DNA from: Promethearchaeota archaeon
GTDB taxonomy: Archaea > Asgardarchaeota > Lokiarchaeia > Sigyniarchaeales > SOKP01
DNA: 64,000 nucleotides
Assembly: GCA_019058245.1 (NCBI GenBank)
Contig: JAHPZJ010000030.1
Span: forward strand, 64,001 to 128,000
Direction: 5' to 3'
The notes under the pieces are model-generated. The model had not been told where the DNA came from. It did not search any database and saw only the letters and a program-made list of their open reading frames with translations. The position numbers were made by a program, and so were the translations under genes. Of this stretch, positions 40,995 through 51,606 are shown in pieces; the first letter of the stretch is position 1; the number at the start of each line of letters is the position of its first letter.

Positions 40995-41153
40995 TTGGAT
41001 GCTAAATTATTTAAAAAAACTTTTAAGTTCATTTGCAATGAATGTGGAGAATTTGCCCATACACTTAATGAATACTGTGATAAATGTGGTGCAAAAGCTT
41101 TAAGATATACCAATAAAGAAGATTATAAGAATCATAAAAATTCTAAAGAATAA
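40995..41153 (+). CDS. 52-aa CxxCG zinc-finger microprotein, not in ORF track
   Basis: TTG start after an AGTGA RBS-like site; MDAKLFKKTFKFICNECGEFAHTLNEYCDKCGAKALRYTNKEDYKNHKNSKE. Confidence 0.75.
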   Translation: MDAKLFKKTFKFICNECGEFAHTLNEYCDKCGAKALRYTNKEDYKNHKNSKE

Positions 41154-41179
41154 ATAGGTTGTAATAGGAAAAATAACAT

Positions 41180-42115
41180 TTACTTTTTTGTAGTAGATAA
41201 TTCTCCATTCTTTTCTATCTTTTTTAATTCTTCTGTTATATCTCTATCTTGTAATCCAAGAGATTGTAGAAGAACCCTGATTTGAATTATAGCATTTTTG
41301 GCATTAATTTGCTTGGCAATATGCAATGCTTTTATGAATTGGTTTTTTGCTTCTTTAAGTTTTCCAAGATAAAAGAAAATCTCACCAATATAACCGAGAC
41401 CTTTTATTATTTGTTCTACATAATTTACATCAATCGCTACATTAGTACCTTTTTTAAAATATCTAAGAGATTCTTCAAAATCATCGTTTTTCTTTTGTAA
41501 AATTCCTAAATTAAAATAGGATGTTATAATTCCTTTATAATCCTTAATTTCTTTAAATGCTTTTAAAGTTTTTTTATATAATTCAAATAAAACGTCCCAT
41601 TTTTGATTTATTTCATTTATATAGATTAGATTCCCTAAACAATCCAATAAATTATAAATATCATTGTTTTGTGAACAAAATGTACTACACTCCAGCAAAA
41701 CATCACAAGCTTCATCAAATTGGTTTAATTTTATATGTACATTTCCAATTCCTTTTAAACACATGATTTGCTCTTCGGTTTGGTTTAGATTTTCATAAAT
41801 ATCATAAGCCATTTCATAGAATTCTATAGCTTTCTGATAATTATTTTTTTTAAAATATAAAGTAGCCAAAATCCCATAAACTGAAGCTTGTCCTAATCTA
41901 TCTTTTTGTTTTTTGAAATGGTTCAAACAAATAATAAAATTTTGTTCTGACTCTATAAAATTTCCTAATTGAAGTTGGATTAAAGCAATATCACTTAATT
42001 CTTGAATATAATTAGAGTCTTTACCAATTTCTTTCAATATTCGTAAAGATTCTAATTTTTCATCTAATATTTTAATTAATTCCTCTTTTGTAGATTCTGT
42101 TTCATTCTCTATCAT
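41180..42115 (-). CDS. Tetratricopeptide repeat protein
   Basis: Repeated TPR-like helical units of about 40 aa. Confidence 0.85.
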   Translation of the reverse strand: MIENETESTKEELIKILDEKLESLRILKEIGKDSNYIQELSDIALIQLQLGNFIESEQNFIICLNHFKKQKDRLGQASVYGILATLYFKKNNYQKAIEFYEMAYDIYENLNQTEEQIMCLKGIGNVHIKLNQFDEACDVLLECSTFCSQNNDIYNLLDCLGNLIYINEINQKWDVLFELYKKTLKAFKEIKDYKGIITSYFNLGILQKKNDDFEESLRYFKKGTNVAIDVNYVEQIIKGLGYIGEIFFYLGKLKEAKNQFIKALHIAKQINAKNAIIQIRVLLQSLGLQDRDITEELKKIEKNGELSTTKK

Positions 42116-42155
42116 AGATATTTTGCTTGAAAATAATTTTGTTTCGATAACCCTC

Positions 42156-42590
42156 TTATAATAATTCCTCTAAAATCTCTATCGCATTTTTAACATAATA
42201 GAAACATTTTTTTTTGAATAACTCATTTTGATTAAAATATTCTCTGCCTTCAGATGTGCTAAGATCACAACCGATTAATTCTTTACAAATTTCGGACCCA
42301 TGTATTTTTTGAAATCGTTTGGAAAATTCTTGTATAACTTCATATGTTTTTTCTTTCATTTCTACTTCTTCATTTGAACCCATTCCATATCTTAATCCTA
42401 TAACCATATAGGACCCACTCACAGCACCACACGTTCGACCAAAACGAGCCATTCCACCTCCAAAACCCGTAGCAATTTTTAATGTAGTTTCTTTATTTAA
42501 TCCAAAATCAGTGCTGAAAGAACTCAATACTGATTGAGCACAATTGCAATTACCCTCAAAATTTGAGATTGCTTTTTCTATTCTTGACAT
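42156..42590 (-). CDS. C_GCAxxG_C_C family putative redox protein
   Basis: NCAQSVL, GFGGG, TCGAVSG, ICKEL, KKC. Confidence 0.9.
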   Translation of the reverse strand: MSRIEKAISNFEGNCNCAQSVLSSFSTDFGLNKETTLKIATGFGGGMARFGRTCGAVSGSYMVIGLRYGMGSNEEVEMKEKTYEVIQEFSKRFQKIHGSEICKELIGCDLSTSEGREYFNQNELFKKKCFYYVKNAIEILEELL

Positions 42591-42707
42591 GTCTATTCCA
42601 CTTTTTTTGAAAGATATGATTTGTATCTATAAGAAATATAATATTTCATATCTATTATATATTTAGAGATAAAATATGTATATTGTCATATAAAAAAGGT
42701 TAGCTAG

Positions 42708-43820
42708 ATGAAATTAAAAGCAAGATTATTTGATAAACTTGAAGATAATAAAGTGAGATGTCATGTGTGCGCTAATGAATGTATAATCTTACCTGGTAAA
42801 GTAGGAATATGTAGAACAAGAAAAAATTTTCAAGGAGAGCTTTTCACTCTTATTTATGGATCACTTATTTCTTCGGGAAGTTTAGATCCAATTGAAAAGA
42901 AACCACTGTACAATTTCTGGCCGGGTGCCACCGCATATTCCATTGCCTCGATTGGTTGTTCTTTTAAATGTCAGAATTGCCAAAATTGGAATATATCGCA
43001 GGCAAATCCAACAGACAATGGAAAAAATGGATTCTATGATATTCAAGGTTATGAAGATCGTGGAATGCCGTTAATTGAAATGACTCCTGACCAATTAGAA
43101 AAGAAAATTGTAAAGAGTGGAGCAGAAACTATCGCTTATACTTATAATGAGCCATTAATATGGCATGAATGGATTATAGACACAGTTCCTCTTATGAAGA
43201 AATATGATATTAAAACAATTTTAGTAACAAATGGTTTTTCGACTCCAGAAGCTGCAAAAGAACTGATTGAAGTAGGAATTGACGCAGCAAATATTGATAT
43301 TAAAGCGATGTCTGATGAATTTTATAAAAAGATATGTGGAGTTAAATCTGTTCAACCCGTTTTGGATACTGCAAAGAGATTTAAATCGAATGGAGTTCAC
43401 ATTGAAATTACCAATTTAATCATCCCTAATTTAAATGATAGTAAGGAAGATATTAAAAAACTATGTGTTTGGATCGTGGAAAATTTAGGAAAAGATACAC
43501 CTACTCATTTCTCAGCTTACCATCCTGATTTTAAAATGCCTTCAATGAAACGTACTCCTTACGAAACATTAGATATGGCTTATAATATTGCTAAAGAAAC
43601 AGGTTTATATTTTCCTTATGTCGGAAATATAAGTCATGAAAAGGGTGGAAATACATACTGTCCAAACTGTAACTCTATCTTAATTGGGAGAAGGGGTTAT
43701 ACATTTAAAACTATTGAAGTGACTGATGATAAGAAATGTCCAAATTGCTCCTATGATCTAAAAAATGATATTATAGGAGATATAAATAAGCACCCATCAC
43801 ATAGATTCAGTTTTTTTTAA
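42708..43820 (+). CDS. AmmeMemoRadiSam-system radical SAM enzyme
   Basis: CHVC..EC...GICRTR, DPIEKKPLYNF, CSFKCQNCQNWNISQ (CX3CX2C), YTYNEP, YVGN, TYCPNC. Confidence 0.92.
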   Translation: MKLKARLFDKLEDNKVRCHVCANECIILPGKVGICRTRKNFQGELFTLIYGSLISSGSLDPIEKKPLYNFWPGATAYSIASIGCSFKCQNCQNWNISQANPTDNGKNGFYDIQGYEDRGMPLIEMTPDQLEKKIVKSGAETIAYTYNEPLIWHEWIIDTVPLMKKYDIKTILVTNGFSTPEAAKELIEVGIDAANIDIKAMSDEFYKKICGVKSVQPVLDTAKRFKSNGVHIEITNLIIPNLNDSKEDIKKLCVWIVENLGKDTPTHFSAYHPDFKMPSMKRTPYETLDMAYNIAKETGLYFPYVGNISHEKGGNTYCPNCNSILIGRRGYTFKTIEVTDDKKCPNCSYDLKNDIIGDINKHPSHRFSFF

Positions 43821-43883
43821 TAAGATATTTAGAAGACCTTAAAAAATAATGGTTTTAATAATATGATTTTAATTTATATGCAT

Positions 43884-44369
43884 TTAATCTAGACTCTCGT
43901 TGATTTTCTTACCAAATTTAATAGCATTTTTAGTTCCAATCCAAAATAACTTTCTGAATTTGAATTGGTCAATTAATTGGACACGTTTTTCCTCAACTTT
44001 AGTTTTCATATATTCAAGTGCCTTTCCACCAGTAAAACGAGCTGTGTTAAATACTACAGCTTTTTTCCCACTTAGATCTCCTATTCTAGCTATAACTTCA
44101 TCAAAAGCTTTTGGGGGTTTATCTCCATAAGTAGGCATTCCAAAAATAAGTAAATCGTAAGGGAGAGCATCAATTGTATTTAGTTCAGGTTCTATTACTG
44201 AAAAGTCATCATTCTCGAATTTATCTAACATTTTTATTTTTTCTACAAATTTTCCAGTTAATTCTATTGGAAAAAAGTCTACTTCATAGTTAGTTAAAAC
44301 ACTTGCGATAGCTTCAGCGGTTTTTTTAGTTCTTCCTCCCATTGTAAAATATGTAATTAGTGCTTTCAT
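43884..44369 (-). CDS. Flavodoxin-like protein
   Basis: YFTMGGRTKKTAEAIA, FGMPTY, LSGKKAVVFNT. Confidence 0.85.
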   Translation of the reverse strand: MKALITYFTMGGRTKKTAEAIASVLTNYEVDFFPIELTGKFVEKIKMLDKFENDDFSVIEPELNTIDALPYDLLIFGMPTYGDKPPKAFDEVIARIGDLSGKKAVVFNTARFTGGKALEYMKTKVEEKRVQLIDQFKFRKLFWIGTKNAIKFGKKINESLD

Positions 44370-44489
44370 AATTTTAAAATAATTTTACGTATTAAATAAC
44401 TTTTATTTTGATTGTATATCGAAAACAATAAAACTTCTTACTTGTAAAGTTTAAAAAAGATAAAAAAAATTATAAAATTTTTAAAAATA

Positions 44490-45155
44490 TCACAAAATAC
44501 TAATGCCAACCACTAGTAATAGGATTCCTTGGATTATACATACAATAGCTACAATAAAGGCAAAGGGAGGCCAAGATAGTACTTTTGAAATACCCATTAT
44601 TCCCGCAATGTAGAACTTAACAAATATAGCAACTACTGCCAAAATAATGATGAATAAAACGATGAAAAACCATTTTGGATCAAAATGAATAGCAATATGT
44701 TCAACTACCCAATCTGGTATTAAAAGACAGACAATAATACCAACCGCAATAGCGAGTACTAGTCCTACAATACTAGAAATTGGAAGGTCATTTAAAGGTT
44801 TTAAAAGGGTAAAAGCTCCAAAAACAATCAGTAATATAGCAGAAAAAAGATTTCTTCCTGCTCCAGGATTTTCTGTAGCATACGCTACACTTGGGGGTTC
44901 ATCTAAAATTAAAGCTCCAACTCCACTTATAATACTGAAGATTCCTACTAAAATTCCAATATAAGTTAATGCTTTAAGAAATTTGGTTATATCAAAATCC
45001 CAAGATTCAACTTTTCGTTTTTTGAAAGAACCTCTCCTTTTTGTTTCGTATATGGCATAAATAATCCACATAATGCCTAAAATTAGAAAGAAAAATCCTC
45101 CCCATTTTGATAGAGGGCGCATAAAATTATCTGTAAAATCCCATGCGAAAATCAA
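44490..45155 (-). CDS. Hypothetical membrane protein
   Basis: About six TM segments; TTG start after a GAGTGA RBS-like site. Confidence 0.7.
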   Translation of the reverse strand: MIFAWDFTDNFMRPLSKWGGFFFLILGIMWIIYAIYETKRRGSFKKRKVESWDFDITKFLKALTYIGILVGIFSIISGVGALILDEPPSVAYATENPGAGRNLFSAILLIVFGAFTLLKPLNDLPISSIVGLVLAIAVGIIVCLLIPDWVVEHIAIHFDPKWFFIVLFIIILAVVAIFVKFYIAGIMGISKVLSWPPFAFIVAIVCIIQGILLLVVGISIL

Positions 45156-45263
45156 TTATTTTCACTCTTTAATATATATTTAGATTTGTTATTATATTGT
45201 ATATTATTTTTTAAGAATATAATTCTAATGGAGTCCAATTATTAAAAATAAAATCTGAAAGGA

Positions 45264-46958
45264 TTAAGTAATAAATGAGACTGTTTTTTTTATGTAATCC
45301 ATATACATCTCAATTTCTTTACTCTTTTTATTTTCATCCCATGAATATTCGTTTGTCATGATTTCAGCGACTTTTTTCGCTGCTTTTAGAGTCATTCTGT
45401 GATCAATCCAAAGAGACATTTCTGTTCTTCTGCAAAATACATCAATTAAATGAGGTGTATGCTCATATCTTAGACAATAAAGAATTTCTGCTTTTATGAA
45501 ATCATTATCTTGATTTATTTTTTCATTTAAAGATTCATCATTATCTATCATTTCAAGAATTTTAATAGCACCTTTACCATATTGTTGGTATAAATGATCT
45601 AAAACATCAGGATCTATATTATGATGATGTTCTTTTAACACTATTGACCAATCTTCCTCGGTAAGTCCTATAATGAAAGGTTGTCTACTAAAATGCTTCT
45701 CTCTTTTAATATTTGGGAATAATTTTCTTTCTTCTAATTTATTAAATAAATCTTCAGCCATAGCACGCCATTCTGTTAATTTACCTCCAGCTATTGTTAA
45801 TAAACCATCATCAGAGAAAAAGATGGTATGAGTTCTCGATACTTCACTTTCAGATTTCCCCTTTTGCATTACTAATGGTCTTATTCCAGCATAAGTTGAC
45901 AATATATTATCATATTCTAATTCTGCATTTGGGTAAAATTTTTTTGTTGATGTGATTAAGTAATCCGCATCATCTTTAGAACAAAAGGGATTAACTAAAT
46001 CTCCATCATAATCAGTATCAGTCGTACCAATAATTGTATAATTTTTATCTCTAGGTATAACAAAAAAGATTCTATTATCAATTGGAGAATAGAGAACATC
46101 AGCCATTTTATTTTTAATATGTTTTCGTCGATATTGTAAATGAACACCCTTAGTAGGACGAATAAGAGGTTTTAAAACGTCATCAGGATATCGTTCAAGT
46201 AAGTTATCTGTCCAGATTCCTGTTGCATTAACAAATAGTTTTCCTCTTATTTCAAATTGATGATCCAATTCTAAATCTTTACATTTGACACCAATAATTT
46301 TATTATCCTTCCTAATATATCCGATCACTTTACAGTAATTTACTATATCAGCACCTCTTATAACAGCTTCTTTTAATGTTTCAATTGTTAATCTGGCATC
46401 ATCAATATTATTGTCATAATATACAGCACCTCCTAAATTTCCATCTCTTAAAAATTCAGGTTCTAATTCAAAAATTTCTTGTGGAGAATGCCATTGATGT
46501 TGTTTAAAATTTTTAAATTCTGATTTATCGTCACTTAGGAAATCATAAATTTTTATAGCCGAAGCTAATTCTCGCTTTTTGTATTTTCCTCCTTCGATAA
46601 CAGGTAGATAAAATGGTACTGGTCTAACTAAATGAGGGATATCTATTCGCATCCAATTTCTTTCTCTTGTAGCCTCTTTAACTAAATCCATCTCCCCATA
46701 ATTTATGTATCTTAACCCTCCGTGAGCTAGTTTTGAACTTCTTGATGAAGTCCCTGCTGAAAAATCCTGCATATCAACACATGCAACTACAAGTCCTCTT
46801 ATTGCCGCTTCTCTCGCGATACCAGCCCCCGTTATCCCTGCTCCAATAATCACAAGATCATAATTTATCTCTTTTAATCTTTTAATGATTTTATCTCTAC
46901 TTTTATAATTCCATGACTGACTGAATAATTTCTTTTCTAGATCTTTCATATATATCAT
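45264..46958 (-). CDS. glpD: FAD-dependent glycerol-3-phosphate dehydrogenase (GlpA/GlpD family)
   Basis: IIGAGITGAG, GTSSRSSKLAHGGLRY, DDARL, NATGIW, KGVH, GTTD, AGIRPL, GGKLT, RRT. Confidence 0.92.
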   Translation of the reverse strand: MIYMKDLEKKLFSQSWNYKSRDKIIKRLKEINYDLVIIGAGITGAGIAREAAIRGLVVACVDMQDFSAGTSSRSSKLAHGGLRYINYGEMDLVKEATRERNWMRIDIPHLVRPVPFYLPVIEGGKYKKRELASAIKIYDFLSDDKSEFKNFKQHQWHSPQEIFELEPEFLRDGNLGGAVYYDNNIDDARLTIETLKEAVIRGADIVNYCKVIGYIRKDNKIIGVKCKDLELDHQFEIRGKLFVNATGIWTDNLLERYPDDVLKPLIRPTKGVHLQYRRKHIKNKMADVLYSPIDNRIFFVIPRDKNYTIIGTTDTDYDGDLVNPFCSKDDADYLITSTKKFYPNAELEYDNILSTYAGIRPLVMQKGKSESEVSRTHTIFFSDDGLLTIAGGKLTEWRAMAEDLFNKLEERKLFPNIKREKHFSRQPFIIGLTEEDWSIVLKEHHHNIDPDVLDHLYQQYGKGAIKILEMIDNDESLNEKINQDNDFIKAEILYCLRYEHTPHLIDVFCRRTEMSLWIDHRMTLKAAKKVAEIMTNEYSWDENKKSKEIEMYMDYIKKTVSFIT

Positions 46959-47154
46959 TTACCAAAATTTTCACATCTAAATTAATCTTTCTTGAAAGAG
47001 CAAAATAATTCATTTTATTTTATCAATTAATTTCTGAAATTTTAGTTATTGATATTATTAATATAAAACTTTGCGAAATCAAAAGATTTAAAATAAAAAA
47101 TTTAGTTCATATATAAGGAAAGCTAATTTTTGAATCAAAATGGGATAGATAATA

Positions 47155-47535
47155 ATGCCAAAATCTGAAAAAAAAAAAATTCTAATTGTAGATGATGCTC
47201 AATTCGTAAGAAATAGGATTAAAAAGGTAATAGAAAAAATGGATTTTGCCGAAGTTATTGGTGAAGCCTCAAATGGAGATGATGCAATATCTTTGTACAA
47301 AGAATTAAAACCAGATTTAGTAACTATGGATCTTGTTATGCCGAATACCGATGGAATTAAAGCAATTGAAGAAATTATGAAATTTGACAAGAGCGCTATA
47401 ATTGTTGTAGTAAGTGCAATGGGTCAAGAACTATCCATACTCGAAGCTACGGAAAAGGGAGCAAAAGATTACATTAAAAAACCCTTCAAGGAGGAACAGA
47501 TTTATCGCGCTATAGAACGATTCTTAAAGCCTTAA
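47155..47535 (+). CDS. CheY-like single-domain response regulator
   Basis: ILIVDDA, PDLVTMDLVMP (phospho-acceptor Asp), VSAMGQ, GAKDYIKKPF. Confidence 0.92.
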   Translation: MPKSEKKKILIVDDAQFVRNRIKKVIEKMDFAEVIGEASNGDDAISLYKELKPDLVTMDLVMPNTDGIKAIEEIMKFDKSAIIVVVSAMGQELSILEATEKGAKDYIKKPFKEEQIYRAIERFLKP

Positions 47536-47553
47536 ATAAAAAGAGGGGTCTCT

Positions 47554-48525
47554 TCAAATATTTTTCAATAATGTTTTTAGAATCAATGGCATCGAATAAA
47601 TATCATAATAATTATGCTCAATAATTTCTTTAATTAAACCAATATATCTCTTAGGATTTTCTCTATATTTCCGATAACAAAAACCTACTAGCTCACTCGG
47701 TAGAGAATTTTTTCTTATCCAATTCAATAGATTTTCTTCTATATTCGCTAAAGAAAAATTATGAAATTTTCCTTTAAATATGCGACGACAATGATGAAAC
47801 AAATCAATATGATGAAATTTGGTATTAATTTTTTCATGTGGTTGATCTTGTTCTGAAATCATTGGATTTTCATCGAAAAAGTACAAAAATCGATTTGCTA
47901 AATATGGAATATCAAAGGTTTTTCCATTATAAGTTATAAAGCATTTATAATTTGGGAATATCTTTGTTCTAAGATGTTCATATATTGCTATTTCTTCTTT
48001 ATACTCTCTAGCAAAAAAAATATGTATTTTAAATTCATTATGTTGATAGAAACCAATCCCTACAATTATAACAGGACTATCAAATATGCCAAGTGTTTCA
48101 ATATCCAAAAACAGAAAATCTTCGAGCCTAAAACAAAAAATCACATCTAAATCATTAATATATTTGTTTTTTGTGAGAGTTTGAAAATTTTTTTCTTTCA
48201 TCAAATTTAAAATCTGAGTTGCTGAACTACTGAAATGTAAATTGTATTTTAAATCTATTAGAGTCGTAATTCCTCTCTGATTTAATTTTTTTTCAATGAA
48301 TTCTCCAACATAATTAACAGTTTTAAGATTATTTATCAATTTTTTCCGAGGTTTATATATATCAATTTCATTTGGAATATCATTTTCCTCCCAAACGAAT
48401 TCAATGAATTCACCCATCGTATTTTTGATAATATGATAGTTTTGATATAAATCTTCTAATTGCTGTCCATGGTATTGTTCTATTAAAGGTGTTATATCAA
48501 AGCTAACGATTTTGTAATTATCCAT
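47554..48525 (-). CDS. RNase H-like (YprB/DnaQ-type) exonuclease domain protein
   Basis: FLDIET, TYNGKTFDIPYL, HIDL, HNYYDI. Confidence 0.85.
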   Translation of the reverse strand: MDNYKIVSFDITPLIEQYHGQQLEDLYQNYHIIKNTMGEFIEFVWEENDIPNEIDIYKPRKKLINNLKTVNYVGEFIEKKLNQRGITTLIDLKYNLHFSSSATQILNLMKEKNFQTLTKNKYINDLDVIFCFRLEDFLFLDIETLGIFDSPVIIVGIGFYQHNEFKIHIFFAREYKEEIAIYEHLRTKIFPNYKCFITYNGKTFDIPYLANRFLYFFDENPMISEQDQPHEKINTKFHHIDLFHHCRRIFKGKFHNFSLANIEENLLNWIRKNSLPSELVGFCYRKYRENPKRYIGLIKEIIEHNYYDIYSMPLILKTLLKNI

Positions 48526-48694
48526 TATCTATAAATAATTAAGAGATTTTATTTAATAATGTATCCTCTTAGGATTTATAATAAAACTAAAGTGTTAGAA
48601 CAACTACTTTTAAGTTTTACATATTTAAATAGATTAATGATTAAAAAATACTCTAATAAAAATAGATATCTTTAGAAATTTTTTGGATATTTAA

Positions 48695-50011
48695 TTAGTA
48701 ATTTCTAACTTTAAAGTATCTTCTTGATTCCGCATCTTCCAGTACATAGTGACTCCCTCCACCATGAATCATGCAATAAGAATCAAGAAGTCCCATTTGA
48801 TTGCAATATTGTTCAGTAAATGCACGTCCTCCCATAGTTCTAAATAAATCAACTGAACACTGAAATGCTAATTCAGCAGTTTGAACTTTTAACCCCATTG
48901 CTTGAGAAGCGATCATTTTAGAATTAGATGGTTGAGGATGTTTATCAATCTCTCGGGTATAATTTATTAATGCTGATAGAAGTAAATTAGTTTGACGTAT
49001 ATTTTCAGCAATTGGAAATCTAATAATCTGATAATGATGTAATTTATGTTCAAACTGCTCACGTTGGAGGGCAAAACTAAGTGAAAAAAATAGTTTTTTA
49101 ATACAGTCGCCTATTGCTTCAGCACTAATAACTAATCTTTCCTCATTTAGTTGATGAAACATAAGATCTAATCCATCAGCTTCGAGAAGATTTTCTTTGG
49201 GAATTTCTACATCATTAAAAACTAAACGACTGACAAATGCATCATTCATTCCATAAGTTCTAACTCTTGAAGATTCGAAATTTTTCAATTGTTGGTGTTC
49301 AGTATCTACTATTATTCCCCCTATTTTTCCATTATTCAATCTGCCATAGAGAAGAATATAATCTGCCAGCATCCCATTCGTGATAAAGAGTTTTTTCCCA
49401 TTTGCGATTATAGAATCGTATTTTTCATCTAGTTTTAACTCAATTTTAACAATATCACTACCTATTTTAAATTCAGTCATAGCAGAAGCTGCCATCAAAC
49501 CATTTTTAACTACAGGGATAAGAAATTTATCTCTTTGAAATTTATTGGCTTTATAATTCAGGGGATTACAATAAAGTGTTCCCCCTGCCAATCTACCCAT
49601 CTCAATACTCCAGTTGCCATTTATATATCTTTCACTATTATTAGACCAAAAACCACCAGATAAGGTTAATGCTATGAGAGCATTTTTAGTTACACTTCCT
49701 ACGTCATTATCTTCAAAACCTATTGATGTGCTATAGTAACCTTTTTCTGCTAACTTCTTCATAAAATTAATAACAATTTCACGTTTCTTATCTTGTATTG
49801 GTACTTCTGCAGAATAATTTAATTCTTCTAAAATTTTCAAATCTTTTTCAAGATATTCTTCCATATAATTGTGAAAATTAGACAGAAATGTTTTTTCTTC
49901 GGGATTAAGTAAAGCGTTATGGATTAAGTCAAATTCAGGCAAATTTCTGCTAATTTCTATTTTTGGAAATTCTGGGACTCTTATATCCATAATAAAAAAG
50001 ACAAGTTTCAA
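48695..50011 (-). CDS. Acyl-CoA dehydrogenase family protein (divergent)
   Basis: AMTEFKIGSD, NGKKLFITNG, FNDVEIPKENLL, ERL, REQF, MGGRAF; start may be the ATG at 49990. Confidence 0.85.
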   Translation of the reverse strand: MKLVFFIMDIRVPEFPKIEISRNLPEFDLIHNALLNPEEKTFLSNFHNYMEEYLEKDLKILEELNYSAEVPIQDKKREIVINFMKKLAEKGYYSTSIGFEDNDVGSVTKNALIALTLSGGFWSNNSERYINGNWSIEMGRLAGGTLYCNPLNYKANKFQRDKFLIPVVKNGLMAASAMTEFKIGSDIVKIELKLDEKYDSIIANGKKLFITNGMLADYILLYGRLNNGKIGGIIVDTEHQQLKNFESSRVRTYGMNDAFVSRLVFNDVEIPKENLLEADGLDLMFHQLNEERLVISAEAIGDCIKKLFFSLSFALQREQFEHKLHHYQIIRFPIAENIRQTNLLLSALINYTREIDKHPQPSNSKMIASQAMGLKVQTAELAFQCSVDLFRTMGGRAFTEQYCNQMGLLDSYCMIHGGGSHYVLEDAESRRYFKVRNY

Positions 50012-50180
50012 AAATATAAATTTTAGTTAAAAATTAATAGGAATTTTTTCCCACCATAGCTTAACGTTTAATCAGAAAGTTTTTAATCAAAATTATTCAT
50101 AAAAATAAAATATTGATTCATTATGAAAACTATAAAAATATAAAACAAAAATATATAAAATTTTCAATGGTGAAATTTTT

Positions 50181-51602
50181 ATGATTAAATTTAGCGAAAA
50201 ACAATTAAGAATACCGAAATTAATGCGCCCAGTCTATTTAGTTACAGTTGGAATGTCAAAATTCGATAGAGCCTTTCCAGAAACCAGAACTGAAGAATTA
50301 TGTGTGGATGCTCTTACTGCTGCAGCTGATTTTGTAAATATGACTCCGAGTGAATTGAAACAATATATTCACACTTGTTATTATGGTCATTTTGCTGATC
50401 ATTTTGGAGATCAATTACTTGGAGAAGCAGTAGTTCATGATAGACTAGGATTAGATCCATTAGGTAATATTGGAGTAAAAACAGGTGGTGCTACAGGAGG
50501 TTCTACTATGTGGGAAGCTGTAAAAGCAGTAGCTTCAGGTTATAGTGATTGTGCTTTAGCGCTAGGATGGGAAAGAATGGATGAAGTCCCTACAGATGAA
50601 GGAAACCATCTTATTTCATGTGCTGCGGATAAAGATTGGGAAACACCCTTGGGACATATCTATACGGGGTATTATGCTGTCATGGCTCAAAGATATTGGA
50701 AAATATTTGGTAAGGAAGAAGATTCTTTTCGAAATACTATGGCAGAAATAGCTGTAAAAAATCGCGGTTATGCTAGAATGAATCCTCACGCTCATGGACC
50801 TATGAAAATTACTGTTGAAGATGTTATTAAATCCCCTATAGTTGCTTATCCTCTACGTACTTTAGATTGTTGCCTAATGAGTGTTGGATCTGCTTGTGGA
50901 ATTGTGTGTGATGAAAAGACAGCATATGAAATAACAGATAAACCACTTAGGATATATATTGCTGCTGGAAGCCATACATTACGGGTAGCCGATCGAAGAG
51001 ATATGAAAATCCCTCTCTTACCAAATGAGAAACCGAATCAATATGATAATTTAGGAAAAAAATTTCCAGGAGGAGATCGTTATCCAGGCTTCACGAGCTT
51101 CTTAGCAGCAAGAATATCTGCTTATTATGCATATCATATGTCAGGAGTAGTTGATCCGACAGAAGATCTTGATATAGTTGAACTTCATGATGCGTTTACA
51201 ATCAGTGATATTCAGACTTATGAAGACATTGGAATTAGACCTTATGGAGAAGGAAGAAATTATATTGAGAGTGGAGATGCATATGTTGTTAATCCACACA
51301 CTAAAAAACCAGGAAAACTACCAAGTAATCCCTGTGGTGGTTTAATAGGGTGTATGCATGCTGTAGGGGCAACAGGTTTAATGCAGATTGCTGAGATTGG
51401 CTATCATATATGGAATCGATGGGATGAAATTCATGAGTCTGAGGAGAAGTGGAACTCGTTTGGAAGAAAAAAACCTAAAGATTGGACAAGCCTCCAAGTT
51501 AAAGGTGCGAAAAGAGGACTTGCAATTTCTCACGCAGGTGTAGGCTCTCATGTTACATGTACAATTTTAATGAATCCAAATAATTTAATAAAGGAGGATT
51601 AG
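50181..51602 (+). CDS. SCP2-type thiolase-fold protein lacking the canonical nucleophilic Cys
   Basis: GMSKF, KTGGATGG (at the CAS position), ELHDAFT, NPCGGLIGCMHAVGATG. Confidence 0.88.
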   Translation: MIKFSEKQLRIPKLMRPVYLVTVGMSKFDRAFPETRTEELCVDALTAAADFVNMTPSELKQYIHTCYYGHFADHFGDQLLGEAVVHDRLGLDPLGNIGVKTGGATGGSTMWEAVKAVASGYSDCALALGWERMDEVPTDEGNHLISCAADKDWETPLGHIYTGYYAVMAQRYWKIFGKEEDSFRNTMAEIAVKNRGYARMNPHAHGPMKITVEDVIKSPIVAYPLRTLDCCLMSVGSACGIVCDEKTAYEITDKPLRIYIAAGSHTLRVADRRDMKIPLLPNEKPNQYDNLGKKFPGGDRYPGFTSFLAARISAYYAYHMSGVVDPTEDLDIVELHDAFTISDIQTYEDIGIRPYGEGRNYIESGDAYVVNPHTKKPGKLPSNPCGGLIGCMHAVGATGLMQIAEIGYHIWNRWDEIHESEEKWNSFGRKKPKDWTSLQVKGAKRGLAISHAGVGSHVTCTILMNPNNLIKED

Positions 51603-51606
51603 AAAA

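Noticed and set aside
40889-41113. 74-aa minus-strand ORF in the track
   Set aside because: It is antisense to a more convincing plus-strand zinc-finger ORF (40995-41153) and has no motif of its own
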